A DNA stretch of 64,000 nt from Candidatus Oxydemutatoraceae bacterium (GTDB taxonomy: Bacteria > Pseudomonadota > Gammaproteobacteria > Poriferisulfidales > Oxydemutatoraceae): positions 1,248,001 to 1,312,000 of the forward strand of contig CBDCOZ010000003.1 in the NCBI GenBank assembly GCA_965220085.1, given 5' to 3'. The stretch's first letter is position 1, and every line of letters starts with the position of its first letter. A program made the position numbers and the translations under genes. The notes under the pieces are model-generated. The model ran no database searches and had not been told where the DNA came from. It saw nothing but the letters and a program-made list of their open reading frames with translations. Shown here piece by piece: positions 30,425 to 40,713 of this stretch.

Positions 30425-30837
30425 CTATCGCAACGGGCCTTCCAGGAAAAGGCGCAGCCGCAAGCGCAGACTGTCCGGAGGGGGATCCACCAGGTCTATG
30501 GTGAGGACGGCTATGTTGGCGCTGGTTGTTCGCTACCATCGCTAGCGGCCTGATTAGCGCTGACATGGATTGTGTGGCAAAGGAAACTGTCGTCGCCATC
30601 AGATGCGCATAGTCTTGATGAGGCGCTGCCGGCACCGGTGTCCGGCACTCTATATATCAGGATTGCGTAACCCGCTGTGACAGTGACATTAGCTTCCGGA
30701 TAGTATGCCAGGGTATCCAACTGGGCCAGTGTCAACTCGGTGTCTGCGGCTATGGTGACACTGGCATCGCCTGCCACGGCCAGAGCGCCCCGTGCGGGCG
30801 GAGTGATTATGCGGATGCCATTGATGGTGTCGCCATC
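30425..30837 (-). pseudogene. Truncated 3' copy of the 28697 gene with LEGPLR tail
   Basis: Near-identical to about 28697-29070 (GDASVTIAADTELTLAQLD), no 5' end, frameshifted before LRLRLRLFLEGPLR*. Confidence 0.85.
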
Positions 30838-30967
30838 GATGCGCGCACGGGGGCAGTATCAGAAGTTTAGCAGTTCATAGTATTTCTGTTGATGCCGACA
30901 TATCGGATGCCAGCCTGCTCTGGGACAAGTCGGGCACAAGCCCTTTCGGCTTGCGCATAAAATGCTT

Positions 30968-31807
30968 TTAATTAATCCTGTGATAGGGTCGTAAGTCCAC
31001 AGACTCTAGTAGTGTAAAAGTTAGTTTTGAATCAATTTGCTTTTTAGCGACCGCCCGAAACTTTTGCTGTAATTGATCTTTGTAATTTTTGCCGACATCG
31101 TCAAACACGTCCAGTAGCGGAGTCAGTGTGTTGTCGCCGCCAATAAAATCCCAATACTCACTGCCGACCAAAAAGTCATTCGGAGCATCCATCATATTGG
31201 TTTCTGTGAATCGCTCATAGGTTGCGGGGTGATAAGGGTTATAAGGGAGCGCTAAAAATACACGAACAGGCTTTTGCCTTCTGGCAACCCACTCTAACAA
31301 CTTCGTTTTGCTTTCTTTGAAGACATCTATGTTCGGTTTCGCTGTCTTTATCTCAAAGTAGTGTTCTATGCCGTCTTTGTTCATATAGAAGTCAACAACA
31401 GCACCGGCCTTCTGGTGTTGTCCGCCCTTGGCATCCGCGGCGAGCGCTTCCTCGCTTTCTCTCTTAATGTCAGCGTCTCTGTCCCCGTTCCTCAAGTCTT
31501 TGACAATCTCTCCGATAGTCGCTTTCTGTGCCTTGGATATTGTTCCGCCGATTTTGTATCCTCTGCTTACTTCGGTGGCGGTCTCGCGCGCTACGATGAC
31601 CGAAACTTCTTCGTAGATGCTCATACCAAGGGTAGTTGCCAGAGAGTGTATAAAGGAATATGCGGCGACCTTTTCGTTGTCTTGTATGAGCCTTTCCAAA
31701 AAAAGCATGGATGTGGTCTCCCTGCCATAATTTTCAAGCTTCTCCTCTAATTTCTGATTGAGTAGTGCGGAGATATCTCGTCGTTGTGCATCGCTTAACG
31801 CCATCAC
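30968..31807 (-). CDS. Type II restriction endonuclease (TdeIII/MjaII-like)
   Basis: SFIHSLATTLG, D-x-FEIKTAKPN PD-(D/E)xK core, ALPYNPY, EYWDFIGG; adjacent to a methylase. Confidence 0.8.
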   Translation of the reverse strand: MMALSDAQRRDISALLNQKLEEKLENYGRETTSMLFLERLIQDNEKVAAYSFIHSLATTLGMSIYEEVSVIVARETATEVSRGYKIGGTISKAQKATIGEIVKDLRNGDRDADIKRESEEALAADAKGGQHQKAGAVVDFYMNKDGIEHYFEIKTAKPNIDVFKESKTKLLEWVARRQKPVRVFLALPYNPYHPATYERFTETNMMDAPNDFLVGSEYWDFIGGDNTLTPLLDVFDDVGKNYKDQLQQKFRAVAKKQIDSKLTFTLLESVDLRPYHRIN

Positions 31808-31808
31808 C

Positions 31809-33398
31809 TTATAGTTCCTTCAAGTGAAAAATCATTTCGGCGTAACTGCGACGGTCTTTTTCCACACGATTAAGCACTGGGCGTTTGTAATGCTGTACTA
31901 TTTTCATGTTGGCTTTTTGTGCGATAGTCGGGTATAGGTTGTGCTTGTCATTAGCAACCAGAAAAACATCATAGTCAGGTTTCATGTAGCGGCGGCAGTT
32001 GTTCAGCGCTGCCGACACGCCATTGACATAGGATTGTCTGGCCGCCGCGCCCTGCCCTTTGCAAAGGGGGCCGATTTCCAAATCATCTTTTCTGGCAAAG
32101 CCTAACAAATCGTATGCATATGCGTGCTGTTCATGATAATCAATCAGGCCCACATAAGGCGGGCTGGAAAATATGCCATCAATTTTTTGTTCGCTGATTC
32201 GCTTGGCTAAGCGTGTGTGCTTGTTCCGTAAGGTTTCAGCTATATCAATGGTTCTGCTATCCCCGATTAAACAATATTGATCAGTGGGTGTTTTGTATTG
32301 CTTGAACTCTGCCAGGCGATTGACCGTATCGGATGCATAGCGTCTCCACCAAGCATAAATAGAAAACAAGGGTTTGCATATCTTCCCATGCTTTCTGCAG
32401 TAGTATGTTTCCATCGTCGGTGTTTTGAGTGTGCCTAAATCGGCATGTGTGGTGGCGCGGCATGACCGGATGGTTCGACTGAGTATTAGTGCGAGAATCT
32501 TTTTGGTATTGCTATTTGGAATTCTTTTTATCCGTTTGAACACAAAATCAATCTCTTCGCAAACCGGCTTTATAAACCACCGTCTCAGAAATGTATCGTC
32601 ACTCTCTTGTTTCAGAGTAATGTTGTATTTTGATAGCAGACGACGGTATATTACTAGAAACTCCTGCACTTTTTCGTGTGTGTAGACTTTTTCGTTAATT
32701 TCTCCATGGCGCACTTTATACTTGAACTCGGGTGATGGGAAGTGGCACTCATTAAATCGCTTTAACTCAGCCAGCAAATGTTGCTCAAAACGAGCATTGT
32801 TTCTTTGTTTGCGGAAATTCGCTAATTAATTGCTAATCTCACGTGCATATGAGATTATGTCCGTAGTGTCGTAATCATCGATTTTGGCGTTGCTAATAAA
32901 AGCGTTAAATGCCGAGACATCAATTCCGATAGCATGCAGTCCTAATTCAGATGACTGTACGAGCGTGGTACCGCTTCCGCAAAACGGATCTAAAATGATA
33001 TCGCCCGCTTTGAAAAACACTTGCCGTTTGAATTCGTCAGTATGATTGTCGAGAAAATATTCAACCAGCTGCGGAATGAATTTGCCTTTGTAAGGATGCA
33101 GGCGGTGTACATGTTTGGTGGTTTCGGCTTCTTTGTAATTGGCAAAAGACAGACGCCAGTTAAGATCGTCTCCCAGTTGTTTCTTCCACAGAGCTTCTTT
33201 CGTGTCGGCGTGCCGGTTATAGTAGGTCTCCAAGTCAAGGCGGCTTACTTGCGTTCTGCCGTTAAGCCCTATCTTTGGTATCCTGCCATACTGAACCAGA
33301 TAAGAGATGTTGGACGGTGTGACATTCTTTCCAATGTAGTTACTTGCCCAGACACTCGCTTCCTTGAAGTTCATCAACTCTTGATACTTTTCAGTCAT
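31809..33398 (-). pseudogene. N4-C/N6-A DNA methyltransferase split by an in-frame TAA at 32826-32828
   Basis: ORF 32826-33398 (HPYKGKF, DPFCGSGTT) and ORF 31809-32777 (FSSPPY) are in the same frame; the linker reads ISN*LANFRKQRNNARFEQHL. Confidence 0.85.
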
Positions 33399-33837
33399 TG
33401 CGCGATACCTCGGTTGTATTGATTTTGCTACCCATCTTGGAGAAGCATTATACCTAATGAGACTATACTACGCCGCATGATACCGATATATCTCCGGATG
33501 CTTCATGTTCGGCAGTGTCACATATCTTGTTTTTTAATCTGTCCGTCAAAGCCCCTGCAAACTCACAGAAACATCATGGCTACGAACACTTTGCCATCGC
33601 TCGTAGCGCTGCGATACTACAGACACACATGCCCGTTTGTCGGGCATATATGATCACGCCTTCAGCCAAGTCTGCGCGCAACTACGAATATCCGGAGACG
33701 TTTTGCAAGGCAACCGAAGCCGTGCCGGGAGCCCTCCTTGTAAGCGATTGAAAACATTGCGCATTTTGCAACCCATAAAAGGAATACCACCAGATCATGA
33801 AGACGAAAAAAGGAAGCAGTTGGACTCAGATAACAGG

Positions 33838-33872
33838 TTATCCACAACCTTATGCACAGGAGCTGTGGATAG
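33838..33872. promoter_or_regulatory. Cluster of three DnaA-box-like 9-mers
   Basis: TTATCCACA (33838), TTATGCACA (33850), inverted TGTGGATAG (33864). Confidence 0.5.
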
Positions 33873-34029
33873 TAGCCTGCCCTTCGGGTGGCAAAGAAGC
33901 CGCTTTATCGGGAAGCGCCGGATGGTGGCACACAACGCCTCTTTGCAGGTTGCTGTTTTCGGGTCCGCAACTCTCTGTCCAGAGTACGGTTTGATGCCAT
34001 GCCATATCGGACACCCGGGGCAACTCGCG

Positions 34030-34392
34030 CTATCGCAACGGGCCTTCGAGGAAAAGCCGCAAGCGCAAGGCAATCACCCCCAGATTTATAGCGGGGTGGA
34101 ATCGGCGGCGGCCTGATTAGCGCTGACATGGGTTGGGTGGCAAAGGAAACTGTCGTCGCCATCAGATGCGCATAGTCTTGATGAGGCGCTGCTGACGCCG
34201 ATGTCCGGCACTCTGTATACGAGGGTTGCACAGCCCGCTGTGCCGACGATGGCATCGGCTTCCGGATAGCATGCCAGAGTGTCCGGTTGGGACAGTGTCA
34301 ACTCGGTGTCGGCGACTGTGGCGGTGTCGCGTCATCAGTCAAGCTCCGAGTCACACCGCTCACCGAATCAACTCGGTGTCGGCGGCTATGGT
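34030..34392 (-). pseudogene. Second truncated 3' copy of the 28697 gene with LEGPLR tail
   Basis: TELTLSQPDTLACYPEAD...SASSRLCASDGDDSFLC; ends ALRLRLFLEGPLR*; 25 bp downstream (34005-34029) identical to 28672-28696. Confidence 0.82.
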
Positions 34393-34470
34393 CGCGCGCC
34401 TGTCGTGTTGATGCCGGGAAGCCGGAATGTTTCCGGCATTATTCGGTGCGCCGCGCGATTGCTTGGGCGG

Positions 34471-34544
34471 GGTGAGCGATGGGGATCGAACCCACGACCT
34501 CAGGAGCCACAATCCTGTGCTCTGCCAACTGAGCTACGCCCACC
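34471..34544 (-). tRNA. tRNA-His(GTG)
   Basis: Reverse complement GGTGGGCGTAGCTCAGTTGGCAGAGCACAGGATTGTGGCTCCTG...GTTCGATCCCCATCGCTCACC; followed by CCG, so CCA is not fully encoded. Confidence 0.93.
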
Positions 34545-34588
34545 ACAAGCAAAATATGATATGTCATCATCACGGTATCGGCAAATGC

Positions 34589-34665
34589 TGGCGCGCCTGG
34601 CAGGACTCGAACCTGCTGCCCCCGGTTTAGAAGACCGATGCTCTATCCAGATGAGCTACAGGCGC
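34589..34665 (-). tRNA. tRNA-Arg(TCT)
   Basis: Reverse complement GCGCCTGTAGCTCATCTGGATAGAGCATCGGTCTTCTAAACCG...GGCGCGCCA. Confidence 0.96.
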
Positions 34666-34676
34666 GAAGCCTTCGG

Positions 34677-34753
34677 TGGTCGGGGCAAGAGGATTTGAAC
34701 CTCCGACCCCCTGCTCCCAAAGCAGGTGCGCTACCAAACTGCGCCATGCCCCG
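34677..34753 (-). tRNA. tRNA-Pro(TGG)
   Basis: Reverse complement CGGGGCATGGCGCAGTTTGGTAGCGCACCTGCTTTGGGAGCAGG...CCCCGACCA. Confidence 0.96.
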
Positions 34754-34871
34754 TGCGGGTATTATATATCAACATCAATGCGGACTGCGCGTGTGCCCGC
34801 CAAGCGCCGTTAGTGTTATCATTTGCATCTCATATTTCACTACTACTAACTGCGAGGTTAAAAATAATACG

Positions 34872-35444
34872 ATGAACAAACTCATTTTGCTTACCGCTAT
34901 TGTTGCGGGTCAGGTAGCCGCGGCGGACGAAAAACTTCCCCGTGTGCAACTCACTACGACTTATGGCGATATCGTCCTTGAACTCTATCCCGACAAAGCG
35001 CCGATTACTGTGGAGAACTTTCTCAAATATGCGAACTCGGGTTTTTTTGACGGCACAATCTTCCACCGAGTCATCGACGGTTTCATGATACAAGGCGGCG
35101 GTTTCATCATGAAAGACGGACAGATAAAACAAAAGACTACGCTGGCTCCGATCAAAAACGAAGCCGACAACGGTCTCAAGAACTTCAAGGGGACCATCGC
35201 GATGGCGCGCACATCGGACCCCGATTCCGCCAGCTCACAATTTTTCATCAACCACAAAGACAATGCGTTTCTCAACTTCAAGAGCAAAACAATCCGCGAA
35301 TGGGGGTATTGCGTATTCGGCAAAGTCGTCAAAGGAATAGAGGTTGTGGACAAAATTGCCAAGGTGCGAACGGCGACAGTCGGCGGCCACGGCGATGTTC
35401 CGGTTGATCCTGTCACTATCAAAAAAGTTGCCGTTGTGAAATAA
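34872..35444 (+). CDS. Cyclophilin-type peptidyl-prolyl isomerase with signal peptide (PpiA/PpiB-like)
   Basis: [36 protein letters not shown]. Confidence 0.95.
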   Translation: MNKLILLTAIVAGQVAAADEKLPRVQLTTTYGDIVLELYPDKAPITVENFLKYANSGFFDGTIFHRVIDGFMIQGGGFIMKDGQIKQKTTLAPIKNEADNGLKNFKGTIAMARTSDPDSASSQFFINHKDNAFLNFKSKTIREWGYCVFGKVVKGIEVVDKIAKVRTATVGGHGDVPVDPVTIKKVAVVK

Positions 35445-35457
35445 GTCATCGGAGCAA

Positions 35458-36195
35458 ATGAAAACTGTTTTCGTTTCCGATTGCCACATCAGCCCCGAAC
35501 GTCCGGAAATCATCGAGTACTTTGATACGTTTCTAAGGACTGTCGGCAACGAGGCGGATCAGTTATTCATACTCGGAGACTTGTTTGACCTCTGGCTCGG
35601 CGACGATATCCCATCGGATGACGGCGAGCGAATCAGCGTTGCGCTGCGTCAACTGAGCAAGGAAATCCCCGTCTTCTGTATGCGCGGCAACCGCGACTTT
35701 CTGATTGGCGGGGACTTTGCCGCGCGTTCGGGTTGCCGGCTGTTGCCGGATATATGTCTGCGCCGGTTTGACGAAGAGTTGATACTGCTGATGCACGGCG
35801 ACCTGCTGTGTGCCGCCGACCGCAGTTATCAAATTTATCGCCGCATCGTTCGCCACCCGCTGACATACCGCCTGATTATGTCGATCAAGCCCGAGCGCCG
35901 CCGACGCATAGCGAACGCCTTGCGCAACTACAGCAGCAAAGCGGTGAAGACCAAGCCTCTGATTGAGATGGATGCGGCGCAATCCGCCGTGGAGGAATAT
36001 ATGACACGTTTTGCGGTCACCCGCCTCGTTCACGGCCATACCCATCGCCCCGCCATCCACGAGTTTGAGTTAAACGGCAAACCGGCGCAGCGCATCGTCT
36101 TGGGCGACTGGTATCACAACGGCAGCGCGCTGGAGCTGGAAGCCGGTCGGATGAACCTGCGCTCTCTGACAATCAACCCGTCTTCAAGCCGATGA
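35458..36195 (+). CDS. lpxH: UDP-2,3-diacylglucosamine hydrolase
   Basis: SDCH, LGDLFD, GNRDFL, HGD, HGHTHRP, LGDW; follows the cyclophilin gene. Confidence 0.95.
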   Translation: MKTVFVSDCHISPERPEIIEYFDTFLRTVGNEADQLFILGDLFDLWLGDDIPSDDGERISVALRQLSKEIPVFCMRGNRDFLIGGDFAARSGCRLLPDICLRRFDEELILLMHGDLLCAADRSYQIYRRIVRHPLTYRLIMSIKPERRRRIANALRNYSSKAVKTKPLIEMDAAQSAVEEYMTRFAVTRLVHGHTHRPAIHEFELNGKPAQRIVLGDWYHNGSALELEAGRMNLRSLTINPSSSR

Positions 36196-37414
36196 TTAAA
36201 TCCATCACATTGGTTCCGGTCGGCCCGCTAATCACCGCATCCCCGACGGCGCTCAGATAGGTGTGGCTGTCGGCGGCAACGAGCGCCTTTCGCGCGTCGA
36301 GCCCGGCCGTTTTGCCTCTGGCAACGGTCGTGCCATCGACCAAACCGCCCGCCGCATCGGTCGGCCCGTCGGTGCCGTCGGTGCCGGCGGATAACAACCA
36401 GACACCCGGCGTATCCTCCAGCAGCAACGCGGCGGCAAGCGCCAAATGCTGGTTGCGCCCGCCGGCCCCGGGCGCGGGCGGCAATACCAGACATGTTTCG
36501 CCGCCAAAGATCAGTACTTGTTCCGGAGCATCACGCACTTCTTTTGCTATCCGCTCGGCGGCTGCCGATGTGTCGCCTTCAATAAACCGCTCCGCGCAAC
36601 GCGCGCTATATCCCATCGCAAGCGCCGCTTCCTCGCAACGCTTCTTGGCGTCTTCAAGGCAGGCGACGATGTGCGTTTGCACGTTATCAAACGCTTTTGC
36701 ATCGGGTACGGCAACGGTGTTGATGCGCTTGAGCATGTCGATCACCGCCGCCGGGTAATCGGCGGCATCCGCCTCGTCATACACCGGGCTCAGCAAGCCG
36801 GAACCAATGACCCCGGGGTCATCGCCCGGCACATCCGATATCAACAAGACCAGCGCCTGCGCGCCGTTGAGAAAAGTGGCAAGCCGCCCGCCTTTGATTT
36901 TTGAGATCGACCGCCGCACCGTATTGATTTTCTGTATATCCAAGCCATGCGCCAACAAAAGTTGCGTCAACTCCCGCAAATCATCAAGACTGCCGCCCTC
37001 GCCCAACACTTCGACCAGACTGGAGGCGCCGCCCGACAATAAAAAGACAAAGCGGGCACCCCTGCGCGCGCGGCCTGCGAGGTATTCAAGCAACGCTTGT
37101 CCCGCCGCCAGGCTGGCATCGCCCGGCACCGGATGATCGGACTCCAGGCAAGCAATCTGCGGGTACGCCTTCAGCGCGTCATCCAGATGATCGCGCTTCG
37201 TGATGACCAGACCGCTCACAACCTGTTCGGCAAGGACATCCATCGCCCCCAGCGTCATCGATGCCGCCGCTTTGCCGATGGCGACCAGATGCAGTCGCTG
37301 CCCATCCGGCGGCGCACTCTTCAGATAGTGAGAAACCGCACTGCGGCCTTTCACCCGCTCCACTCCGGCGTTAAAGATTTTGATCAGGTCTTGGCGCGGT
37401 TTATCGTTTTGCAT
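36173..37414 (-). CDS. glycerate 2-kinase / hydroxypyruvate reductase (DUF4147+MOFRL)
   Basis: IGKAA, SGGASSL, SDVPGDD, GGRNQ, GTDGTDG, TGTNVMD. Confidence 0.92.
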   Translation of the reverse strand: MQNDKPRQDLIKIFNAGVERVKGRSAVSHYLKSAPPDGQRLHLVAIGKAAASMTLGAMDVLAEQVVSGLVITKRDHLDDALKAYPQIACLESDHPVPGDASLAAGQALLEYLAGRARRGARFVFLLSGGASSLVEVLGEGGSLDDLRELTQLLLAHGLDIQKINTVRRSISKIKGGRLATFLNGAQALVLLISDVPGDDPGVIGSGLLSPVYDEADAADYPAAVIDMLKRINTVAVPDAKAFDNVQTHIVACLEDAKKRCEEAALAMGYSARCAERFIEGDTSAAAERIAKEVRDAPEQVLIFGGETCLVLPPAPGAGGRNQHLALAAALLLEDTPGVWLLSAGTDGTDGPTDAAGGLVDGTTVARGKTAGLDARKALVAADSHTYLSAVGDAVISGPTGTNVMDLIIGLKTG

Positions 37415-37437
37415 ATCTGTCCTGTCGGGGAAAAACC

Positions 37438-38007
37438 TCAACTATAAGCCATGTTGAAAATATAAATAAGCGAGTCGATCTCAACGGTGTCAAACAGACG
37501 CACTACATCGGCATTGCGCATGCGGATACAGCCGACGGAAGCCGAACGGCCGATATGCCGCTCGTGCGGGGTGCCATGGATGTATATATAGCGCGAATAC
37601 GAATCCATAAAACCGCCGCGATTGATGCCCGGCTCCAGCCCTTCCAGACGCAAGATGCGGGTGCATATCGCATCGTTTGCGGCGCTGTCGGAACGGCGGG
37701 TCGGCGGCGCGCGTTCGCCCGTTGTGCGACGCCCGATGAAACGTGTGTGCAAGGGTTGTCCGTCCCCGATCTTGTCGGCAACACGATGGACTCCGTAAGG
37801 CGTGCGCAACGAATCATCCAGGTTGCCGAGCCCAAAGCGCGACAGCGAAACCGGATAGACCGTGTCGTTTTTGAAATGGCGCACCACATACAGCCGTTGC
37901 TGCGGCGGCACGATCAGCGCCAGCGGCAGGTGTGCCGCGAACGGATAGTGACGCACCAGATTGCGGCTCAGTTGATGCACATGCGCCGCCGACAGCCGCG
38001 CGGTCAT
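37438..38007 (-). CDS. YkuD-domain L,D-transpeptidase family protein
   Basis: TPYGVH, IYIHGT...SVGCIRM. Confidence 0.88.
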   Translation of the reverse strand: MTARLSAAHVHQLSRNLVRHYPFAAHLPLALIVPPQQRLYVVRHFKNDTVYPVSLSRFGLGNLDDSLRTPYGVHRVADKIGDGQPLHTRFIGRRTTGERAPPTRRSDSAANDAICTRILRLEGLEPGINRGGFMDSYSRYIYIHGTPHERHIGRSASVGCIRMRNADVVRLFDTVEIDSLIYIFNMAYS

Positions 38008-38031
38008 CTCGTTGCGCCGGGTAAAAACAGC

Positions 38032-39534
38032 CTAACTGACACAGCGCAAGTCGATGCTTTTGGCGTCGGGGTCTTTTCCCGCATCCTTTCTGCTGTCCGC
38101 CAGTTTCGCCAAATATTCTTTGCCCGGATTGATCACATAGTCGCCGTCAAAGATGGAACAATCCAAGTTTTTCAGTTCGGGGTTGCCGTATTGAACCGAT
38201 TGCACCAGCGTATCGAGGTCTTGATACAGCAGTTGGTCGGCGCCGATCAGTTTGCTTATCTCATCGGCGCTTTTGTCGTGCGCGATCAACTCGTCGGCGT
38301 TCGGCATATCTATGCCGTAGATATTCGGGTGCTTTACCGGCGGCGATGCCGAGACCATATATACTTTTTTCGCGCCGGCATCGCGCGCCATTTGCACAAT
38401 CTGTCGCGAAGTGGTGCCGCGAACGATGGAATCATCGACGATCAACACATTTTTATCCTTGAACTCCGGCGTCAACGGGTTCAGTTTATAGCGCACATGC
38501 GCATGCCGCGCCTGCTGCCAGGGCATGATAAATGTTCTGCCGATATAACGGTTTTTGATAAAGCCTTCGCGGTACGGGATGTTCAGCCGCGTCGCCATCG
38601 CAAGCGCCGCCGTGCGGCTGGTATCGGGCACCGGTATGACCACATCGGCATCGCAACCCGACCATTCCGCGCGCAACTTTTGCGCCAGATGGCCGCCCAT
38701 TCTGGTGCGCGATTTGTGCACGAATACTTTGTCTATGACAGAATCGGGGCGGGCAAAGTAGACGTATTCAAATATGCAACTGCATTGCTGCGCCCAATCG
38801 GCGCATACCTGCGCGTATTCCCTGCCGGCGGCGTCTATATAGACGGCCTCGCCCGGCCTGATGTCTCTGACAATATCAAAGCCGAGCATATCCAGAGCGA
38901 CACTTTCCGATGCGAACATATACTCTTTCCCTTTGTCGCTTTCTCGGCAGCCGTAAATCAGCGGGCGGATGCCGTGGGGGTCGCGAAAAGCCAGCAGACC
39001 GGAACCGGCGAGCATAGCGACGACCGAGTACGCGCCGTGACAGCGGCTGTGCAGTCTGCGCACCGCGGCAAAAATATCCGCCGGTCGGGGCTCGAGTGCG
39101 CCCTGTTCCAGCAGTTCGTGCGCAAAGATGTTCAACAGAATCTCGGAGTCGGAGCCGGTATTGATATGGCGCATATCCTGATTGAACAGATCGCGCACCA
39201 ACTCCTCGGAGTTGATCAGGTTGCCGTTATGTCCCAATGCGATGCCGTAAGGGCTGTTGACATAGAACGGTTGCGCTTCGGAGACGCCGCTGTCGCCGGC
39301 GGTCGGATAACGCACATGGCCGATACCGTATTGCCCGGTCAGACGGGTCAGGTGTTCGGCGGCGAAGGATTCTCTTACCAGACCGTTCCCTTTGTGCTGG
39401 TAAATTTTGTTGCCGTCACAGGTGACGATGCCGGCGGCATCTTGTCCCCGGTGTTGCAACGCGAGCAGGCCGTCGTAGAGGCGTTGTCCCAAGTCTTCGT
39501 TGCGATGTCCGAATATTCCGATAATTCCACACAT
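38032..39534 (-). CDS. purF: amidophosphoribosyltransferase
   Basis: MCGIIG, QHRGQDAAG, VDDSIVRGTT. Confidence 0.98.
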   Translation of the reverse strand: MCGIIGIFGHRNEDLGQRLYDGLLALQHRGQDAAGIVTCDGNKIYQHKGNGLVRESFAAEHLTRLTGQYGIGHVRYPTAGDSGVSEAQPFYVNSPYGIALGHNGNLINSEELVRDLFNQDMRHINTGSDSEILLNIFAHELLEQGALEPRPADIFAAVRRLHSRCHGAYSVVAMLAGSGLLAFRDPHGIRPLIYGCRESDKGKEYMFASESVALDMLGFDIVRDIRPGEAVYIDAAGREYAQVCADWAQQCSCIFEYVYFARPDSVIDKVFVHKSRTRMGGHLAQKLRAEWSGCDADVVIPVPDTSRTAALAMATRLNIPYREGFIKNRYIGRTFIMPWQQARHAHVRYKLNPLTPEFKDKNVLIVDDSIVRGTTSRQIVQMARDAGAKKVYMVSASPPVKHPNIYGIDMPNADELIAHDKSADEISKLIGADQLLYQDLDTLVQSVQYGNPELKNLDCSIFDGDYVINPGKEYLAKLADSRKDAGKDPDAKSIDLRCVS

Positions 39535-39546
39535 AGCGAGGTTCTC

Positions 39547-40119
39547 TTAAAGTTCTATCTCATCAACCGGCGCGGCTTCTTTGGGCGCTTCAAACTGAAA
39601 GTGTCGCGCATATTCCGGCGGTAAGAACTCGACGGCGTATTGCGCGCCTGTGACAAAAGAAGGCAACATACGCGATTCATGCCACCAGTCGCTAAGCGGC
39701 AGGCGCGTGGCGCCGGCGAGCATGACCAACGCAATCACGATGGCGGCGCCGCGCAACAAACCGAAGCCGCCCCCCAGCAACCGATCGAAAAAATTGAGCG
39801 GGCCGTCGCTGACCATCCGCCCCAGCAGATTGATCAGCAGGTGACCGGGCAACAGGACGAGCAGGAAGACGAGGATAAAAATGATCGCGCTCGCGATGTC
39901 GTCGCCGGTGATATCGGTTTCAAACACCGAGAAGCCGTAATCGGTCGCGCCGTCGGGCAACCACTGCAGAGGATAGCCGCTTGAGTACGAATAGAAAGCC
40001 GCCATGAATGCGAGAATCAATGTCAGCAGTCCGAGAGTTTCTTTGACAAACCCTTTGTAAAGCCCGAAGCCGAAAGAAACGAAGATGATAAAAATGATAA
40101 AGACATCAATATAAGTCAT
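39547..40119 (-). CDS. cvpA: colicin V production protein
   Basis: GFVKE, DRLLGGGFG; directly upstream of purF. Confidence 0.9.
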   Translation of the reverse strand: MTYIDVFIIFIIFVSFGFGLYKGFVKETLGLLTLILAFMAAFYSYSSGYPLQWLPDGATDYGFSVFETDITGDDIASAIIFILVFLLVLLPGHLLINLLGRMVSDGPLNFFDRLLGGGFGLLRGAAIVIALVMLAGATRLPLSDWWHESRMLPSFVTGAQYAVEFLPPEYARHFQFEAPKEAAPVDEIEL

Positions 40120-40120
40120 A

Positions 40121-40657
40121 TTATTTGTCGCGCTTTATCAGCGGTTTTATCTTCATCTTTGCGGTCACATCGTCGGCGATACGTTCCGCTTTTTCCAACC
40201 CGAAAGGCCCCAAACCGACCGCGTGAACCGGCTTGCCTTTCAGGGTGGTTTGGCGACGGTACACATCGGCGAACCGGTTTTGACGAAGTTGTTTTTCAAT
40301 TTTATCGGCGCCGCCTTTTTCGCCGAAAACCCCCAACTGCACCAGCCACATTCCTTGTTTGTCCAGCAAGTCTTCGATAGCGGGTTTTTTGGCATCAACG
40401 GTCGCCTGCTTCTCTTTCGCGACAGCAGTATCGGCGGCTGTCTGCGGCGGACGAACGGGCGGTTTGTCATCGTTCATTTCCTCTTCAATCTCGGGAAAAT
40501 ACTGCTCGTACACGATCTGCGGTTTTTTGCCGACAGCCGTGTGCGGCAAGTTTTGATAACCCGATCCGTCAAATAAAATAGGCAGAAAAATGACCATCAG
40601 TGCGACCAGAACAATCGCGCCGACAAGGCGATGCTTGAATATCTCTTGCGCTTCCAT
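40121..40657 (-). CDS. dedD: SPOR-domain cell division protein
   Basis: KHRLVGAIVLVALMVIFLP N-terminus, WLVQLGVF SPOR motif; folC-dedD-cvpA-purF synteny. Confidence 0.85.
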   Translation of the reverse strand: MEAQEIFKHRLVGAIVLVALMVIFLPILFDGSGYQNLPHTAVGKKPQIVYEQYFPEIEEEMNDDKPPVRPPQTAADTAVAKEKQATVDAKKPAIEDLLDKQGMWLVQLGVFGEKGGADKIEKQLRQNRFADVYRRQTTLKGKPVHAVGLGPFGLEKAERIADDVTAKMKIKPLIKRDK

Positions 40658-40713
40658 GGGTGATAATCCTTAAATAATCCACAAACAACTGAGTGTTGTT
40701 TGTGCACACTATA

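Noticed and set aside
32777-32830. Frameshift or phase-variable repeat in the methylase
   Set aside because: Both halves are in the same frame; the lesion is a single TAA with no simple-sequence tract.
37555-39624. 689-aa plus-strand ORF, and similar long antisense ORFs (7541-8794, 43726-45291, 54057-56084, 61321-62583)
   Set aside because: Shadow frames of well-supported genes in GC-rich DNA, with no recognisable motifs.
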